This document shows positions 1 through 14,266 of a stretch of 64,000 bases of DNA, piece after piece. Below the pieces are notes generated by a model. That model was given only the letters and a program-made list of their open reading frames with translations. It did not search any database and was not told the origin of the DNA. Every line of letters begins with the position of its first letter. Position 1 is the stretch's first letter. The translations under genes were made by a program, and so were the position numbers. Origin of the DNA: Gnetum montanum (Eukaryota; Plantae; Gnetophyta); assembly GCA_015680685.1 (NCBI GenBank), contig MNCI01000952.1:62879-126878 (forward strand). Direction: 5' to 3'.

Positions 1-332
1 ATAAGGAATGCTACAATGATATAAAGAATTCTTGATCTTTATTTCCATCATGAATCGTGTCCAAGTATAATCCACTCAAATAAAGAAATTGGTCAATTTC
101 CAAACAACACACTATGGGCATTCGCTTATATCGCTAACTCTATGGAAATAAACTACAGGAGTCTACCTAAGGGTGGAATCAAAAGGTTTCAAATTGTGCA
201 CCCAAGCATTGTATTTATAGGACAACATACATCCCAAAACATCACATCAACAATGACATAGCATGGACCATGACATCGTATCTATGACATCATTACTATG
301 ATATTGTATTACAACAAAAATTGGTTTTATCA
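1..332 (-). mobile_element. Partial LTR of the Athila-like family (window edge)
   Basis: Similar to the LTRs at 5416-6454 and 11179-12121 (gtgtccaagta..ccactcaaataa, tatttatag TATA, decayed gatatc repeats); ends ..tttatca near 332. Confidence 0.55.
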
Positions 333-1371
333 TACTTCTAACTTCTTCTTATTCTAAGCAAGCACATCAAGGAACTTACATTCTAAGCCACTATCCCCTA
401 GTACTTCTTAGTAAGGTGGTTATATTGTAATATAGTAATGATCTATATTATGCATTTGTAAAGTCCTTTACATTAATCTTATCATGTGTCTAGTCCCTAT
501 TTTTCTATCCTGGGTATTAAAGCTATGGGACTTACTTTACTCAATCTTAAGAAAATGATGAGGCATGTAGTGGTATTTTGTACATATATTGCCCTAGATT
601 TAGGAAGTATTTCACACATCTTATGCTTGTAGTCTACTGTGTTTGGTTATGGTTTGTGTCTTCTAAGTGTGCTCCCTTATCTATTATATCATACTTTTGG
701 TTTTTGTCCATGTCTTAAGCTTCTTATGACATTTCTAACCTTATTTAGGCATTTTAAGATCCTTTTGATATGTTTCTTTGGATTCGAAGTTTCATCTAAT
801 ATTAGCCTTGGTTTCTTGATAAGGAAAATGCATTGACTTCCTTGCATTAATGCATCCCTCCTATGTCAATGCCCTTACATCAACACACTCCATGCTTGCT
901 AGGTTTGAATACAAGTTTCAAAAGTGTTATCCGATTGGATAGGGCTATGTTGACAAACCTTTGTTGACTCTTGGGTGTTGAAAAACCTCCACTATTACAT
1001 TGTGAAAATGATAAATACTTAGGATGAGTTTTTACAGATATCTTAACATACTTAAACATTTTTATTTAGCTTTTGGCATTACGTTTCTATGAAGAGCTCT
1101 TCCTTACTTGGGTGAGTTGTTTTCTTTTCCTATTATGTGTGTATTTTGAGTCATCACTTTCAAAAATGCTAGTACTCTATGTCAGAGTGCTACCTTACTT
1201 ACATCACATAGAATCATTTGGTTGATATAGAGTCTAGTATTTGCATAGTGAATAAAGCTTATGATTTTTCCATGCTCCACCATTGATGACTTAAACATTA
1301 AAATATCCAACATATTTATTTAATTTTCATTTCATCAACCAACGATGATTCATCCTTATCCTAGGAGGTTA
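333..1371. mobile_element. Degenerate LTR-type repeat, inverted homolog of 21500-22500
   Basis: 1330-1371 (gatgattcatccttatcctaggaggttata) is the reverse complement of 21500-21540 (gtaacctctttggataaggatgaatcat). Similarity continues for about 1 kb. Confidence 0.5.
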
Positions 1372-2300
1372 TAACTATATGTAGGAAAACATGCCTTGTT
1401 AGTGGATCAAAGGTTGTTTTCCTCCAAACTGGAGGCCAAATAAATGTGGAGATCCTCACAAGTTCCATGCTATTATAACCATTACTAAAGAATTACATTG
1501 ACCTTCATTCCTTGTGTACTATTTCAAAGGATATGTAGGCTTGCAAGGGAGCTTCAGGTTTGATGATCGAGCCAGCACCCTTCTCTTTGAGAGTGAGGTT
1601 TATGGCTAAATGTGTTATAGAGTAGGAACATGTCTTAGCTCAATTGTGAGAATGTTATCTCTTGTGTTTGTGTGTGCTCATTATGGTCATGCATGTGTAT
1701 GTCATGTTGGTCATGTCTCATATATGATTTCATGTAGCATATTGGATACACTCATAACCCATGGACTAACAGGTGTTATGCACTTATGTTATGCATGCAA
1801 GTTCTGTTAACATTTTTATGCAATTCATCTTAGGTCTTCTTAAGGACATCTAACTGGTTTTGGATAGTGCTTCACCAAAGCAATGTTGTTACACTTGGTA
1901 TTGGAGCCGTGGTTTACGATTTGAGGTTTTTGGTGATTCTTAGCATTTGATTCATGATCATGATTCATTGTTCATAACTTGTATGCTACAATGATGCATA
2001 AAACGAAGAGTAAAGGGAGCTAAAATCTTAGCAATACTCCTTCAAGTCCCAATCCTTACAATGGAGCAACTGGAGATGGTAGTAGGGGTAGTCATGGGCA
2101 TGAGGAGATGTACCATGATGCAAATGTATATGAGGATATTGAGATGACTAATGAGAAGGATTTTGATGAATCTCTTGAAAGTATAACTTGAACTAGCAAC
2201 CTCTTACTTGCAAATCCTTGTCAAAGAATGAGGTAACTACTTGAGCCATATCTCATAGCTCATTATCTTGTTAGACAAAGGGTCATCAACTTGATTTATA
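1372..2300 (+). mobile_element. LTR 3' end with tRNA-iMet PBS and decayed start of internal region
   Basis: LTR-like end gttaca at 1893 is followed by tggtattggagc (1896-1907), a decayed TGGTATCAGAGC PBS. Left boundary uncertain. Confidence 0.45.
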
Positions 2301-2419
2301 CTTGAAGCATTATTATATTTCTCTATAATTTTTCTAATCTATTAGATTGATTATATGTCTTGGAGTAGTGTTCCTCTTATTAAATTACTTCAAGTTGACA
2401 TAATCACCCACTTTTGTTG

Positions 2420-5415
2420 AAAACTAGAAATTGAACATTTTTATTATGTCTAGAAAATCACAAAGGATTTGTTGGATAGTTACAAAGGCTCAACATATAT
2501 TCAAAGAAAGTTGAAAAAATCATTTATGTAATGCCCCAAATAGATAAGGTCAATTTGAAAAAAAACAACCAACATATTACAATTAATATTATAATTCATT
2601 ATAATTTGAGCTAGTGATGGACAAAATAAAAAGATATGTTCTTCATCCTTTATGCTTTGTTTGCACAATCTACAAATATACTCTTCTCTTAGTAAACTAA
2701 TCCAACAACCTATCTCAACAAAGAGATGATGGGAGCTCATTCTTGCTCTAGTAATTTGATTTCTTAAATGAATAGAAATAGCTAAGAATAGATACTTTTG
2801 AGTACTAGATAACAAGCCTTCTCTAACAAAATGTAAATAAAATTACCTTTTTCCCAATGTTTTTAACCAAACTCTAACCAATTCTTTTTCTTTTATAGTC
2901 TTCTAGAAGAACCTTCCATGTGACTTAACTTCTAAGTATAAGTAATAAATTAACAATGGGCTTCAACTTCAAGAGGAAGCAAAACTTCCTTTAGAAGTAA
3001 GATATCATAAGAAGTCTATATTCTCATTTAAAACTCACATACAAGAAACTATTTTTGAACATGCTTTAATTTTTTGTAATTATGTGTAGAAAGAGAAGGC
3101 CCCTATGTAACACACCCATATAATAATACAATTTGAACAAGATTGTGAAAATGTTTATTTTTGATTTCCCATGCTAGAATTTATTTTCAACTACAATTAT
3201 TTCTTAGAGTAAATAGAGCTTACAGGCCACTTGAAACCTTTAAGAAATAGGGGTATTCCAACTATAATTACTTGCACATTCAACTCCCAAATATTTATAA
3301 GATTCACATATATCAAGTTTTTCCCCAAGAAAAAAATCATAATTTTTATTTCTAGTACTACAAACTAGAATTTTTGTCTTATCAATATTAACTTTCATAC
3401 TAGAATGGTTGCAATAGTCATGGAGAAAAGATTTGAGCATATAATTTAATCCTATGGTTGATTTTATAATCAGGACCATATAATCTATAAAGAGAAGCAT
3501 GTTCAAAAATTATCCATTCACTCTCACAACATGATTAGAGGCATTTTGCATCCCTTCATGTAATTCATCTATAAATATGCCAAAAATGGTAGAGGAAAAA
3601 GGACAATCTTATTTAAATCCTACTAAAGTATTTATAATTATTCCTTATCTATTAAGATTATCTTCAATAAGAATGTTAACCATCTCATAGATTCTTTTAG
3701 CAATAGAAAGAAGATTTTGCGGAATGTTAATGTGATCCAATCTCTTCCAAAGTTTATCTCAAGCAACAAAATCATAAACCTTGTAAAAATCAACAAAATA
3801 AATAAAAGTACTATGATTGGATCATTTTTCTTCTTTACACAATAACACAAAGTTATCAAATGGTCTACAATAGAATGATTTCTCTTGAAGCTTGCTTGTA
3901 ACTAAGTATAAAAACCTTGCAGTTTTGCCCATGAACTAATTTCATTTTCTACAATAGTACTCGAAATCTTAGTGAACATTAAATTAATTGTAATTAATTG
4001 ATAATTATAAATATTTGTCCTATCTACCTTTTTAAAAGTAAGACTGCTTAACTAAAATACCAAGAGCAATCCAAATCATGCTAAATCCCTTTCTTCATAA
4101 GGTTGCAAGCAATTTTCCATACCAATGGACCATCCCATTTAAGAAGCTTTGCATCTAATCCAATACTATTAACACATTTCCCAAAAGTTAACCTTTGAAT
4201 TTCTATAGAGACATCATTAATAGATAACTTAAGAACACTAGAGTTATCTTGCATAGTAGAGGGAGCCTCTTGATCAAAAATGTTATTGAAGAATCTCTAA
4301 ATATTAGATAAGAAAAATCCCACATATTTTTTTGTCTATCTCGAAAGAGATTTTAAAATCTTTGTGGATTATATTTAAGCTCACTCATCATTTTTTCCTG
4401 CCCTCCTTTAATTAATTTCCTTTTTTTGAAATAAAATAATATTTATACAATTCTTCATCATTGAAACATCAAAATGTGAAGCTAAAACATCTTTGCAAGT
4501 TATCAAACAATCCACATCAAACCAAGGCTCTCTACAAGCAGGCCTCTTCTTAATATGCATTTGAGCAGCTGTAGATAAAAGAACATTAGTCAAATCCATC
4601 TCCTTGTCATTATTAACTAACATATTAGTCACTTGTATTTAAAAATCTTAATGAATGTCTTTTGTGAGACAACGAGTTCTACATTTCTTGTAGTAAATAT
4701 GACAAATTAAAGTAACAATAGTGAATTTTACATAATCATAAAGAGATTGGGAAATTTTTTCTCCTATTTGAAAATATTTCACTACATCTATAATATTATA
4801 AGTAGACAAGAGAGGATTAATGCACAAGTTACCTTAGTATCCAATAAAGGTAAAATAAGAGGAGGAAGAAAATTTGTTGATGCCATTAAGAATTAAAAAT
4901 TCATGGCAATGACCTTATTTTAAAAAATGAATATCTGTTTGATTGGTAATAAGATCAGCAAATGATCTTTTGGGAACTAAAAAGTGCTCTTTGTTAAACT
5001 TTCATTAAGGATTCGAAACAAGTCTATAATAAGCTTTATTATATTTTATCAAACACAACCATTAAAATCCCCACAAAGAAAAATTATACTAAGCCTGAAC
5101 AATTTTCAATATCTTCACCCAAGTATTGAAAAGGGTGCTTTCATGAAAGATAAGTAGAATTATAAATAGAAGAATTCCTTAGAGAAAAATAACAAAAGGT
5201 AGTATAAAGAACCTCTGAAATGCCTAAAACTTTAACCCACAAATATTGATTACTATCATTAACTTGTTGTGCCATAATGGAATGATCTCTAGACTTTCTA
5301 ATTAAATAAGTAATACTACTAGAAGATCTAGGCCTTGCCTTGGAATGCTTATTTCTAACAAAAATGATATGAAAGCTTGAAATGAATATGGTTAAAGAAT
5401 TTTCATCTTCCCAAA
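2420..5415 (-). mobile_element. Degenerate non-LTR retrotransposon ORF2 (endonuclease-RT-Cys/His tail), RTE-X-like
   Basis: Fragmented translations give endonuclease (YLWVKV..FCYF), EPWFDVDC, RT motifs (GFK*DCPFSSTIFGIFIDEL, LLFIDYMVL = LLFADD, KVNIDKTKILV, YKYLG) and C-terminal RMSSHHLFVEIG..ICRLC..DEEHIFLFCP. Many stops and frameshifts. Confidence 0.85.
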
Positions 5416-8400
5416 TGATGAGCAACAAGGTACCCCTACACCCAACCATATGAATCACAAGCGTTCACGCACGATTCGATAGAATTCTGTGGATGGGACT
5501 AGTTGTGGCATCTAGATTGTTATGTCTTAATCATAGTTCATTGCCTTCCCACTTGGACTAGTCGTAGCTTTGTCACGTATGGTTGGGTCCAGAATGAGGC
5601 ATATCATAATTGAAGTTTTTCGACCTTATGCTACTCCTAATGATAATGAAGAAATAAATTATTTAAGCTAATTAACAATTGAAAGNAACCTTATGCTACT
5701 CCTAATGATAATGAAGAAATAAATTATTTAAGCTAATTAACAATTGAAAGTAAAGTCTAAACTAGCTTATGGACGATGAGTGTCCATTCCCAACTTGTTG
5801 TACACATCTTCAACCCATGTATCCACTACTAGGATTACAAGTACTATGCTACTAGGAAAACCAAGCAATAATGCTACTAGGTTATCAAGTGAATACATGT
5901 TTATGCTCAAAACTAGTCACACTCATTCTAGCAACTCATTAATATGCATGGAAATGTAAATATTAACTAAGTACATGAAAAGTAAATCTAATCTAAGTCA
6001 AAGTGTTGCAATGAATAAGAATCAATCTTGATCTTATTGTTGTTCATGGAATGTGTCTAGGTACATTGCCACTCAAATAAGACATCATACAACTAACTCA
6101 AATCCACACTATGGGCACTCACTGACTATATTCTATGACTACAAAACAAAATTGCAAGAGTTCGGCTAGTCTATTGATAAAACTTATGCCAAACCATGAG
6201 CCCAAGCACTGTATTTATAGACTGGCACACATCCCATGATATTGGATATCTGACATCGCATCTTGGCCCCCGATATTGAAGTTGACAAAAATTAACTTTT
6301 TATTCAAATAGATGCGATGGCATGCATCGAGGCATTTGTGTCAACATGGTCATGTCAATGTAGCCAACAGATGCAATGACATGTGTCAAGGCATCTACAT
6401 TAAGGCATCTACCTTGACACAACTGCATCAACACAACCAACTGATGCTTCATCATACCATCACAACCAAGTAAAAACACATCCTTGAGTTAATAAGATAG
6501 GATTGAGCTTTCTTTATAAAAAATTGGGAATGATGGGATTATTGACTTATGTTAACTACTGATTGACTCTGAGTGCCACATTACAAAATTTTATTCAAGT
6601 GGATGCATACAAAATGAAAAAGTGACAAAAAAACTAGACAAACATTGAAGATTACAAACTTTGTAGAGGTCTTCAAGAATCCACTGAAGATTATTCTTCT
6701 TGTTACCGCTAGCAGTGGCAACCTTCCAACATTGACTGTTATGTCGATGCTTCTTTGGTTATGCAGAACATTCTTGAAGGATGGACTAAAATTTCTTCTC
6801 ATCATCCCATGGATCTAGCAAACATGCAAAGTTTGAGCTACTATTTTGTATGTGCTATGATTTGCCCATGGGCATATCCTCCGTTGTCACCCTCTTGGCT
6901 TCCTTTTCATGCCTTGGCAAAATATTTTCCTCTTTAGGCATTTATTTTAGCATCACCTGTAGTCACTAAAGAATCAACATTAGTTTTGGTAAATTTTTTC
7001 TTAATAATCAACCCTTTTTAGATCCCTTAGTTTGTGTTTAAGCACAAGGCTATTACAGCATACTATGCCCAAGGCTATGAGGTAACTAAAATCATCAAGG
7101 TGTTCACATTATTTTAATCAATTACTATTAGTTACCATGAAGTTCAAAAATAGGATGTTAGAAAAATTTTAAAGTGGTCAGCCCTAGCCCCCATTACTAA
7201 TGAACATAACTCTGGAAGAACATAAGTTTTCAAACAATTGAAACCAAAAGTCTAATTTAGAAGATGGCCAAGAAATATTAATGGATGTGGAAAGAGAAAA
7301 GCAGGAAAAATTAATGAAACAGACGAGAAGTAGTCCCAAAATCATGCATAAATTCAGAGAAACCATCACTGATGTTCTGGAAGGTTTGAAGGTTAGTTCA
7401 AAGTCATGATCAACAAAAGTTATGCTCCCAAAGTAGGCTTCTGCCATAATGCCCTTGCATAACGACTTCTATAAATGTTCGTGGGCACCCTAGAAGTTAA
7501 ATGTAGATCATGCCTTTATTCTAAACAACACACAACTGTCATGGTTAGGATGTTGCACTATACTATACAAAACCAAAAGGCTCATAATCGCATGTAGTAG
7601 TGAGGTGAATAATGGGATGAGAAGGGATTGCAAAGATCAGGATGTAAGGTACTTGACCATGTCCATAATAGGTTCTTGTGAAAAATGTTATTAAAATGAT
7701 CAACATACCCATCTATCCAAGTTTAGACCAATTCCACACCATGAACAATGACCTCGCATTGATGTGTTTCTTCCTGTCAACCACCATGAGTCCATAACCA
7801 CCTCAAAAAATAATCATCACTCCAAAAAGAGAAGAAAAGAGAAGGAAGGAAGGGCCTTAGTTTGAGGGGCACCTTCAAGCATGGGTAACATGTCTTTCCA
7901 ACCCCATAACCAGTGCTTATAGCCCATTATTGTGTCTAAGGGATGTGCTTTGAATTTCCATTATTGTGTTGTTTTTATTTTTTGTTTTTTGTTTCTTTCT
8001 TTCTTTTTGGAATTTTAATTTTTTTGATTTTTTTAAATAGAAACTACACCATGCAAAGACAAAGCTTCCTTTTTGTTGGTTGATGAAGGAGTGATGATAC
8101 GTTCTAAGAGAAGTTATAAACCACATGAAGGAAGTCAAGAAGAGAACCCAAGAAGTCTTCTTGAGGTCACACCTTTTGCCATTCTCACTTGGTCATTCCC
8201 TCTTTCTTCAAGGTATAATGATCATTGATTAATTTTAATTTCAAAAAATAAGAACCAAAATTTTTTCATCATAAAGACCTTTATTCAGAGAACTAGAGGG
8301 ATGGATGAGGTGGGCTCACTACTTTACACAATTACTTACCCAATCATCTTGATAAAATTGCATAAAGCCCCAACACATAGCCTTGACTTCTGCATCATGA

Positions 8401-11400
8401 CTTGGTGATTTTATTAACAAAAACATGAAATACATTCATAAAACATAAAGAGAATGACTCAAGAAAAGAGAAAAATATAAAGAAAGAAAAAGTATTAATA
8501 AATGAAAAACATATGAAGAATCAGAAAATTCTAGAATTAATAAGCAAATCAATTGCTTCCATGCACCTTTGAAATAGTTTTATATTCTCATTTTCAAGCC
8601 ACTAGGTGTCTTTTGGTTTAGTGGCTACTATGTAGACTAGCTTTTGCTCACACACTTGCTCCTAAACTTTATGGTGGATTGGTATAGGGGTTGTGTTAAT
8701 GTTTCAAACTTCTAACCCACAACTACACCCTTTATCATTATTGGTAATGCATGGATTCTTTTGTCTCTCCAAAATGATAGGTTTATCATTTATTTCTTGT
8801 ATTGGAGTGGTAATGGATGTTGGATTTTGTGTATGATTAGTAGACATCATATTGTTGAGGAAGGTTGTTGCATTAGATTGGCCTTGTGCTAGTTTTAATG
8901 AGTTAGTAGGTTCATGAGTGTTGTGCTTATGTGTGGGAACCATCCTAAAGAAAGAATGTTTCCAAGATTTTGATGGAGATATATTGGCATTATCATTTTT
9001 GTGTATGTTCATAGCACAAGTGTCATTCTTTCATTGAGGTTGTGGTGCCAAACCTTCCTGTGTTGTTGGTGGTGACATATGGTGGAGAAAGTATGAGAAT
9101 ATTCAGGATATGACGAAGGATGAGAGGTGTGACATGGTGACCCCATGGAAGATGTTGCCGGATGATGACATTTAGGAGAGTGGTAGTAGTGATTTGAGGT
9201 AGAGGAAGTAGAAGTAGTTGGGAAAATAGTTTGTTGAATGTAATATCTATACAAGTTTAGTTGATAATAAGGGTAATGTTGGTTTGATGATGGCCTCCTC
9301 CACAACTGTGGGTTTTGCCACTACGTTGGATGATAGTGTTGAGACTAGTAAGAATTCCCTCTAGGATAGTATGGTTGGTTGTAGGACTATCTATAATTAC
9401 CTTGTGAGAAAGGTAAGTTCCTAGGCATTTACTTTTGTATGAACTTGGGATTCAATGCAAAAGCCCAATACTCATGTAGATGTAACATGACTAGGTAATA
9501 ACCCTTTGGATGGTCATATAGGCAAATGTCACATCCATCATCTTCTTTAGTGGTTGAGTCTACAGCCTCTTCTTTTACAATCATTTTCCCTTTTTATCGA
9601 TAAGTGTTCCTAGCCATTTCTTGGTTCTTTTTCCTTTTTTTATTGTGATCACTTAATTTGTTTTTCATTACTCTCTCCTTTATGTTTTCTACACAAGTTA
9701 TAACTTTCTCATGTATTCATTCTGACATCTTATCTAGCTTTGCTTCAAGCTCAATGATATACTTTTATATTCACAAGGTTTGCTATGAAATCACCTCATT
9801 AAAAGCTACCTCTTTTTCCTTATCATGGATATGGACCATCTTTTTTTGAAGAGTTGGGTCCTAGTTATTTTCCTCTACATTCTCTCATTTACATAGCTCT
9901 CCTTCTTCTTTTTCCACATGCTTGATTAGCCTTTGTATCTGATGAACTTTCAATTCATATAACTGACCTTGGACATAAATCCCAACGATCTCCCTCATTT
10001 CATTACAAAGCCCATCTATGATGTGGAAAAGTTTCTCTTTTTGAGAGAAATCATGGTCGAGACATCTATGTAGTGGTGAATAGTATGTATCCAAGGACAC
10101 ATCCAAGGGTTCATGCTTTTTTTGTTTTCACTCTTGGATTTGTTTTCTTAGGTTGGACACTCTCACACAGGTTTGGTATTTTTTGTTGAAAAGTTCCAAC
10201 ATTGTGGACCGCTAGTGCATGAAGCTTGGTTCCAATGATCTATACCAACTTTCAGCTTCGTATATTAGTTTCCTAGGGAAGAGCTTAAGCTTTTACCACT
10301 TATTTTTATTATTTTGCAAGGCACTGGAATCATGGAAGGCTTTTAAGTGATGTTGTGGATCAAAATTATAACCTCCCCTAAATTTAGAAATGTTGTTCAT
10401 GTTAAGCCATTTGATGCAGCTATTCCTTTGATGCCTTTGAGGTATTTTAACTACCTTCCTAATCTGTGTCATGCCCCTAGTAGCCAACAAGGGTTCATCT
10501 ATACCAAACAGGTCATGGTGATAATCTATATTTCTATTTGTATGGTTGTGATGATCTTGCCTATGCACATTTTGATGTTTTTGATTTTGCCCTTGGGTTC
10601 GATTTCTATCTTTATCTTAATCCCATAGTGGAGTTCTATCTCTATTCCTACGTTTGTCAGAACTAGACGTTGAAGATGAAGAGGAAGATGAGGAACTGGG
10701 AGAAATGTCATGGCTCCTATAGTTCTCCCCATGGTCCCTTGATTTATCTTTTCTGTCCTAGGCCTTAAGGCCCTCCTTGATATAGGACTTACTCCATCTC
10801 CTCTAGGATTATCTGCGTTAGGTGAACCTACTTCTTGAGTGTAGTAAGGATCTAAATGAGCATAGGAAACCCCTACTTGAGGTTGTTCACTCCAATTTTC
10901 TTTAGTATATATATTATCATTTCTCCTATGAGTGCTTTCATCATGTGATGCAATCTTGGCCCTATGTGAAGAAGACATGNATTATCATTTCTCCTATGAG
11001 TGCTTTCATCATGTGATGCAATCTTGGCCCTATGTGAAGAAGACATGATTTTACCTAATAATGTGTGTGACTTAAAATATTAATATTTTCTAAGAGATAG
11101 ATCGTTAATACCTTTACAACGATCATGTATAATATAACTAATCTAGATAAATAGTACCATCCCCAACAATAGTGCCAATGATGAGTAGCAAGGTACCCTA
11201 TACCCAACCATACAAATCACAAGCGTTCATGCACGATCTAGTTAAATTCCATGGATGGGACTTGTTGTGGCATCTAGATTCTTATGTCTTGATCGCAGTT
11301 CACTATCTTCCCACTTGGACTAGTGATAGCTTGTCACATATGGTTTAGTCCAAAGTGAGGCATATGATAATTGATGTTATTTGGCCTTACACTACTCCTA

Positions 11401-12121
11401 ATGATAATGAAGAAATAAATTATTTAAGCTAATTAATGATGGAAAGTAAATTCTAAACTAGCCTATGGATGATGAATGTTCATTCTCAGCTTGTCGTACA
11501 CATCTTGAACAAACATATACACTACTAAGATTACCATGCACTATGCTACTAGGTGAACCAAGTAATGACACTACTAGGATTACCAAGAGAATACATGTTT
11601 ACACTCAAAACTAGTCACATTCATTTTGCGAACTCATTAATATGCATGGAAATGTAAATATTAACTAAGTACATGAAAAGTAAATTGCATGGAAAGTAAA
11701 TCTAATCTAAGTCAAAGTGCTACAATGAATAAGAATCAATCTCAATCTTATTGTCATTCATGGAATTTGTCCAAGTACATTGCCACTCGAATAAGATGCC
11801 ATACAACTAACTCATATCCACACTACGAGTGCTCACTAACTATTCTCTAAGACTACAGAACAAAACTACAAGAGTTCAACTACTTTATTGACAAAGCTTA
11901 TGCCAAACTATAAGACCAAGCGTTACATTTATAGATCAACACACATCCTGTGATATTGGATATCCAACATTGCATCTTGGCCCAATATTAGATATCTGAT
12001 ATCAAAGCTAACAAAATTTAACTTTTTATTCAAACAGATGCAACAACACGCATCAAGGCATCTACATCGAGGCATTTGCCTCAACATGGCTATGTCAATG
12101 TAGCCAATCGATGCTTCATCA
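5416..12121 (-). mobile_element. Two-LTR Athila-like Gypsy element (gag remnant, no pol) inserted in the LINE
   Basis: 3' LTR 5416-6454 and 5' LTR 11179-12121 (TGATG..CATCA). PBS 11160-11177 reads tggcactattgttgggga (tRNA-Asp type TGGCGCCGTTGCCGGGGA). PPT-like tract at 6455-6470. Gag motifs GGYNFDPQHHLKAF..KLFP..W at ~9500-10450. Degenerate TSD ccaaa/tcaag. Confidence 0.85.
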
Positions 12122-13086
12122 TCAAGTTTCAGCAAAAATAAATAAATCAAAATCATTGAAGAAATGACTAGTATCTAAAGTGGCCACTTTATTATCTAGT
12201 GAACCTTCAACATTAAGGAAACCATATGTCATAGAAGAAAATCCCTATTTTGGGGAATATGACCTTTCCTTGATGACTACAACCTATGTATAATTCAAGT
12301 AAGCAATTTTACCTTTAACCCAAGCTTGTTTATCTTTCTGTCATTCTTCTTGTTTTTTTTCTTTTTGCATACTCTTCTTTAATCAAATCTTCATTAATCC
12401 AAATCTTCTATGCTTTCAAGATGCTTCTATTATTCCAAACCTTATCTCTTCCATGGTAGTCAAAAAAACTTAACAAGAATATATGAAGGTTTATTCTCCT
12501 TAGGACTAAGTCTGTTTACACTAATGATCAAGGTAGAAGAAATGTGCATTTCTTTTGTAAAGAAATCTAGCATAACTTGTAAAAGAACCTCACCCTATTC
12601 TTTAGGAATTCCCACAATTTAAAGATTTTGAATCTTGTCATGTTTTTTTCATCTTTATGCATTTTCTTAGTAACTACTTCTAAGCCTAAGTGAGCACTTG
12701 TTATTTTTAATTTAAGGCAATCCAACTTTCACTACAAAGTATCCACATTAGTCTAAACTTGAGTTGTTTCAACATTTGATAGTGAATCTTTCAACTCTAC
12801 AGTAGTTGAAATAGTTTGTACCTTTTTTACCACAACATCAACCATGGATTTCAATTATACAATCCTTGATGCTATGGAGTTTAAAGTTGTAATGTTATTT
12901 TATTCCTCTTATGAAATCATAAATCTTGCCATTAGAACCCTACTTCTTGGACATCCCCAAACTTAAAATCAAATATGTTACTTTCTACTAATCTTTAACA
13001 TACAAATGGGTCAAAACTCTAACAATTGCTTCTTTAAAAAGTTTTCTACCTAAGTTATCACATCTATGATCCACCATAAGCATTTT
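12122..13086 (-). mobile_element. 5' part (ORF1 and start of endonuclease) of the LINE split by the Athila element
   Basis: Minus strand reads ..KIWINEDL.. (ORF1) and SHFFNDFDLFIFAET, which rejoins W-EDENS at 5415 across the insertion. Confidence 0.75.
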
Positions 13087-13091
13087 GATGC

Positions 13092-13897
13092 TGATGAGTG
13101 GCGAGGTACCCCTACACTCAACCATACAAATACAAGCGTTACACGCATGATCCAGTCGAACTCCACAAACTAAGTGCCTACACACCTTATGGAACACCTA
13201 AGGTTAATCAATCATTGTCCTCCCAAGCTTACTTGTATTTGTGATGGTTGTATGGTTAAGTAAGCTTGAGGCATGTGATTTTTATATCTTTTATATTTTT
13301 ATCGCCTATGTTAAGAGAGGAAAGGGTGAAGAAACTAAGTAACTAACTTTAACTAACTAAGCCTTAATTATCCTAGCATCAGTATCAGTTCCCACTTGTC
13401 GTTTCACACCCTGAACCAATGCAACGCTGCTGGGATTACCAAACACTATTCGTTACTGGGATTACCAAGCGTAACGCACGTGCTCGAAGCAGTCGTATTG
13501 AATGCACTTAACTATGAGAGTTGAGGGTTGAGAGAGATTAAGTCCTTAAGAAAGAATTAAACAATTAACAATAATTAAATTCCTATTTAGCTTAGTCCAT
13601 ATACTGCAAGGTTTATCCAAAAGTTTGTCTTTATTGCCGTACACAATTGTGTGCTCAGGTACAGAATTGCTCGAATAAAGATTCGTTCACTTTGGGACTC
13701 CTACTATGGGCACATGGAAATTATTCTAACTCTGGAATGGAAAAATGGCAAGATTTTGGCTAAGGTCTAGATTTAGATGGAGAAACAAGGGAGAGCTGCC
13801 TCTTATTTATAAAATTGGTAGCGGGTTGCGATATCACGTACGCGATATTGCAGGGAAAGACGTGATATCGTGGCCCATGCGATATCACATCCCATCA
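13092..13897 (-). mobile_element. Solo LTR, Athila-like family, copy A-specific
   Basis: TGATGAGT..CCCATCA ends, perfect TSD GATGC (13087-13091 / 13898-13902), empty site at 42730-42734. Confidence 0.92.
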
Positions 13898-14044
13898 GAT
13901 GCCAAATTGCTAAAAGCCTAAATCAAATCTATGCTGCACAAAATTACTAAATATGGGATTTACCAAATCATTGAATAACCTACATGTCTTTTATTAGTTA
14001 TTTATATTATACATAGATAATAATAACATGTTACTTTAGTAATA

Positions 14045-14266
14045 GGTGACTCAAGTGATTAGCGTATTATCTTGTTAGGTAAGAGGTTGCTAGTTCAAGT
14101 CATACTTGAGGCATGCTATATTGGGAGGTATTAGAACTTGAAATAATTATAATAAAGGCACACCCCAAGATAGATAGCCCAATTAAAACTTTGCATTGTC
14201 CACAAGAATTGAACACATGACTTGAGTTTTGAAATCAAGAGTCTTTACCACTAGGCTAACACCTCA
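14045..14266. mobile_element. Two convergent degenerate tRNA-like (SINE) heads
   Basis: Plus strand: tgactcaagtga (A box) ..agttcaagtc (B box) at ~14047-14100. Minus strand: tagcctagtgg..tgttcaattc at ~14200-14262. Also present in copy B. Confidence 0.4.

Noticed and set aside
5620-5750. Exact ~64-bp tandem duplication
   Set aside because: Copies are separated by a single n and absent from sister LTRs; contig-overlap artefact.
10912-11048. Exact ~68-bp tandem duplication
   Set aside because: Centred on the n at 10980; scaffolding artefact.
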